Source of the DNA: Dicyema japonicum
Lineage: Eukaryota; Animalia; Dicyemida
Reading direction: 5' to 3'
Length of the DNA: 64,000 nt
Assembly: GCA_011109175.1 (NCBI GenBank)
Contig: RDEW01000003.1
Location: 1 to 64,000 of the forward strand
This document shows positions 63,129-64,000 of this stretch, piece by piece (the stretch's first letter is position 1; the number at the start of each line of letters is the position of its first letter). The notes below the pieces were generated by a model that was given only the letters and a program-made list of their open reading frames with translations, searched no databases and was not told the origin of the DNA. The position numbers and the translations under genes are program-made.

Positions 63129-64000
63129 CTTGTCTTTTTAATAATTGTATTTGCTATTTAAATTTGTTCAGTTTTATCAATTTTAGTAGATTTCCGTTTT
63201 AGATTTTTCTATTATTGGTGTTTATTCGGTCGCTATGTCCATGACCATATAAAAATGTCGCTTGGCTCACCAATGACGTGGTGGCATTGTACACTGGACG
63301 TGAAAAAGAGCCGCAAACCCACTATCCCCTTCTCCTGGAGACGTGGATGATGTCGTGTATAATGTGGACCTCAAAGTTAGATTTTTCGCTTGGCAAAAAG
63401 AAGAGAGTTGTGGGTTACTAAATGACAGATGTAAAACTATGGAAACGATAAGATGTTAAAACTCAGTTGGTGATCGCAATTACCATGGTTTTAATAATAT
63501 GAGGTAAGAAATCTGATTTTGGCTGAAACTTGCGAATCAGTTAAAACTGCAAAAATCGCTTAGGGGTTTCTTGATAAAAAATTATTTTTTAAAATTTAAC
63601 TGATAAAGCATGAGAGAGAACAACGTAATTCCTTTTTGAAATAGTTTCTTAAGGGTTGATATACGGGGGAGAGCAGTCAAGCATTGGATTGTGACCATAC
63701 GAACAAATTGAACAACGAGCGATATGATCGTGGATAGGATCAAAACTCTAATGAAGGATTTATTAGTCTAAAAAAGACAAAATTCAGATGATATATCAGA
63801 AAATCAATTCTTATATAATCGACCACTTTTCTGAAAATTCAGGTTCTTCTATAATCCACCAATTTTCCTGAACTTTTTCGAAGCTTCCAAATGGCTGATT
63901 CAAGAGGTTTTTATCATTTATTGTGGCCATGATTTATCAATTACCCAAAAATTTACCTTTACTGATAAAATAGATTACGATTTTGTATCTTACATAGTAA

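Noticed and set aside
63200-64000. Possible RTE remnant (63.2-63.45 kb) and a short minus-strand ORF near 63.8-63.9 kb
   Set aside because: Similarity is too weak and the fragments too short to support a call.

Overview
AT-rich eukaryotic nuclear DNA with very short GT-AG introns (about 21-31 nt in housekeeping genes). The genes look metazoan (CK1-gamma, PBRM1, CFAP157); a genome-reduced animal parasite such as a dicyemid or endocnidozoan is a plausible inference only. Layout: (1) 1-39,876 is a tandem array of three ~13-15 kb copies (junctions at 13,922/13,923 and 26,908/26,909). Each copy carries CFAP157 (5'-truncated at the junctions), RTE and CRE retroelement fragments, a complete polybromo/PBRM1 gene and an intron-containing Tigger/pogo transposase. 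(2) 40,678-43,744 is a full-length CRE-clade non-LTR retrotransposon with a PHD finger and a 14-bp TSD. (3) TBL3/UTP13 at 44.8-47.5 kb. (4) A dense nested TE cluster at 47.5-53.5 kb. (5) The standout feature, 54,175-55,964, invisible in the ORF track: a 21-exon micro-exon gene. All 19 internal exons are phase 1-1 and multiples of 3 nt, and it encodes a ~291-aa low-complexity protein with a signal-peptide-like N-terminus and a GPI-signal-like C-terminus, a candidate splice-variable surface antigen. (6) An unresolved, repeat-rich 56-60 kb stretch, then head-to-head CSNK1G and STK24/25/26-type kinase genes.
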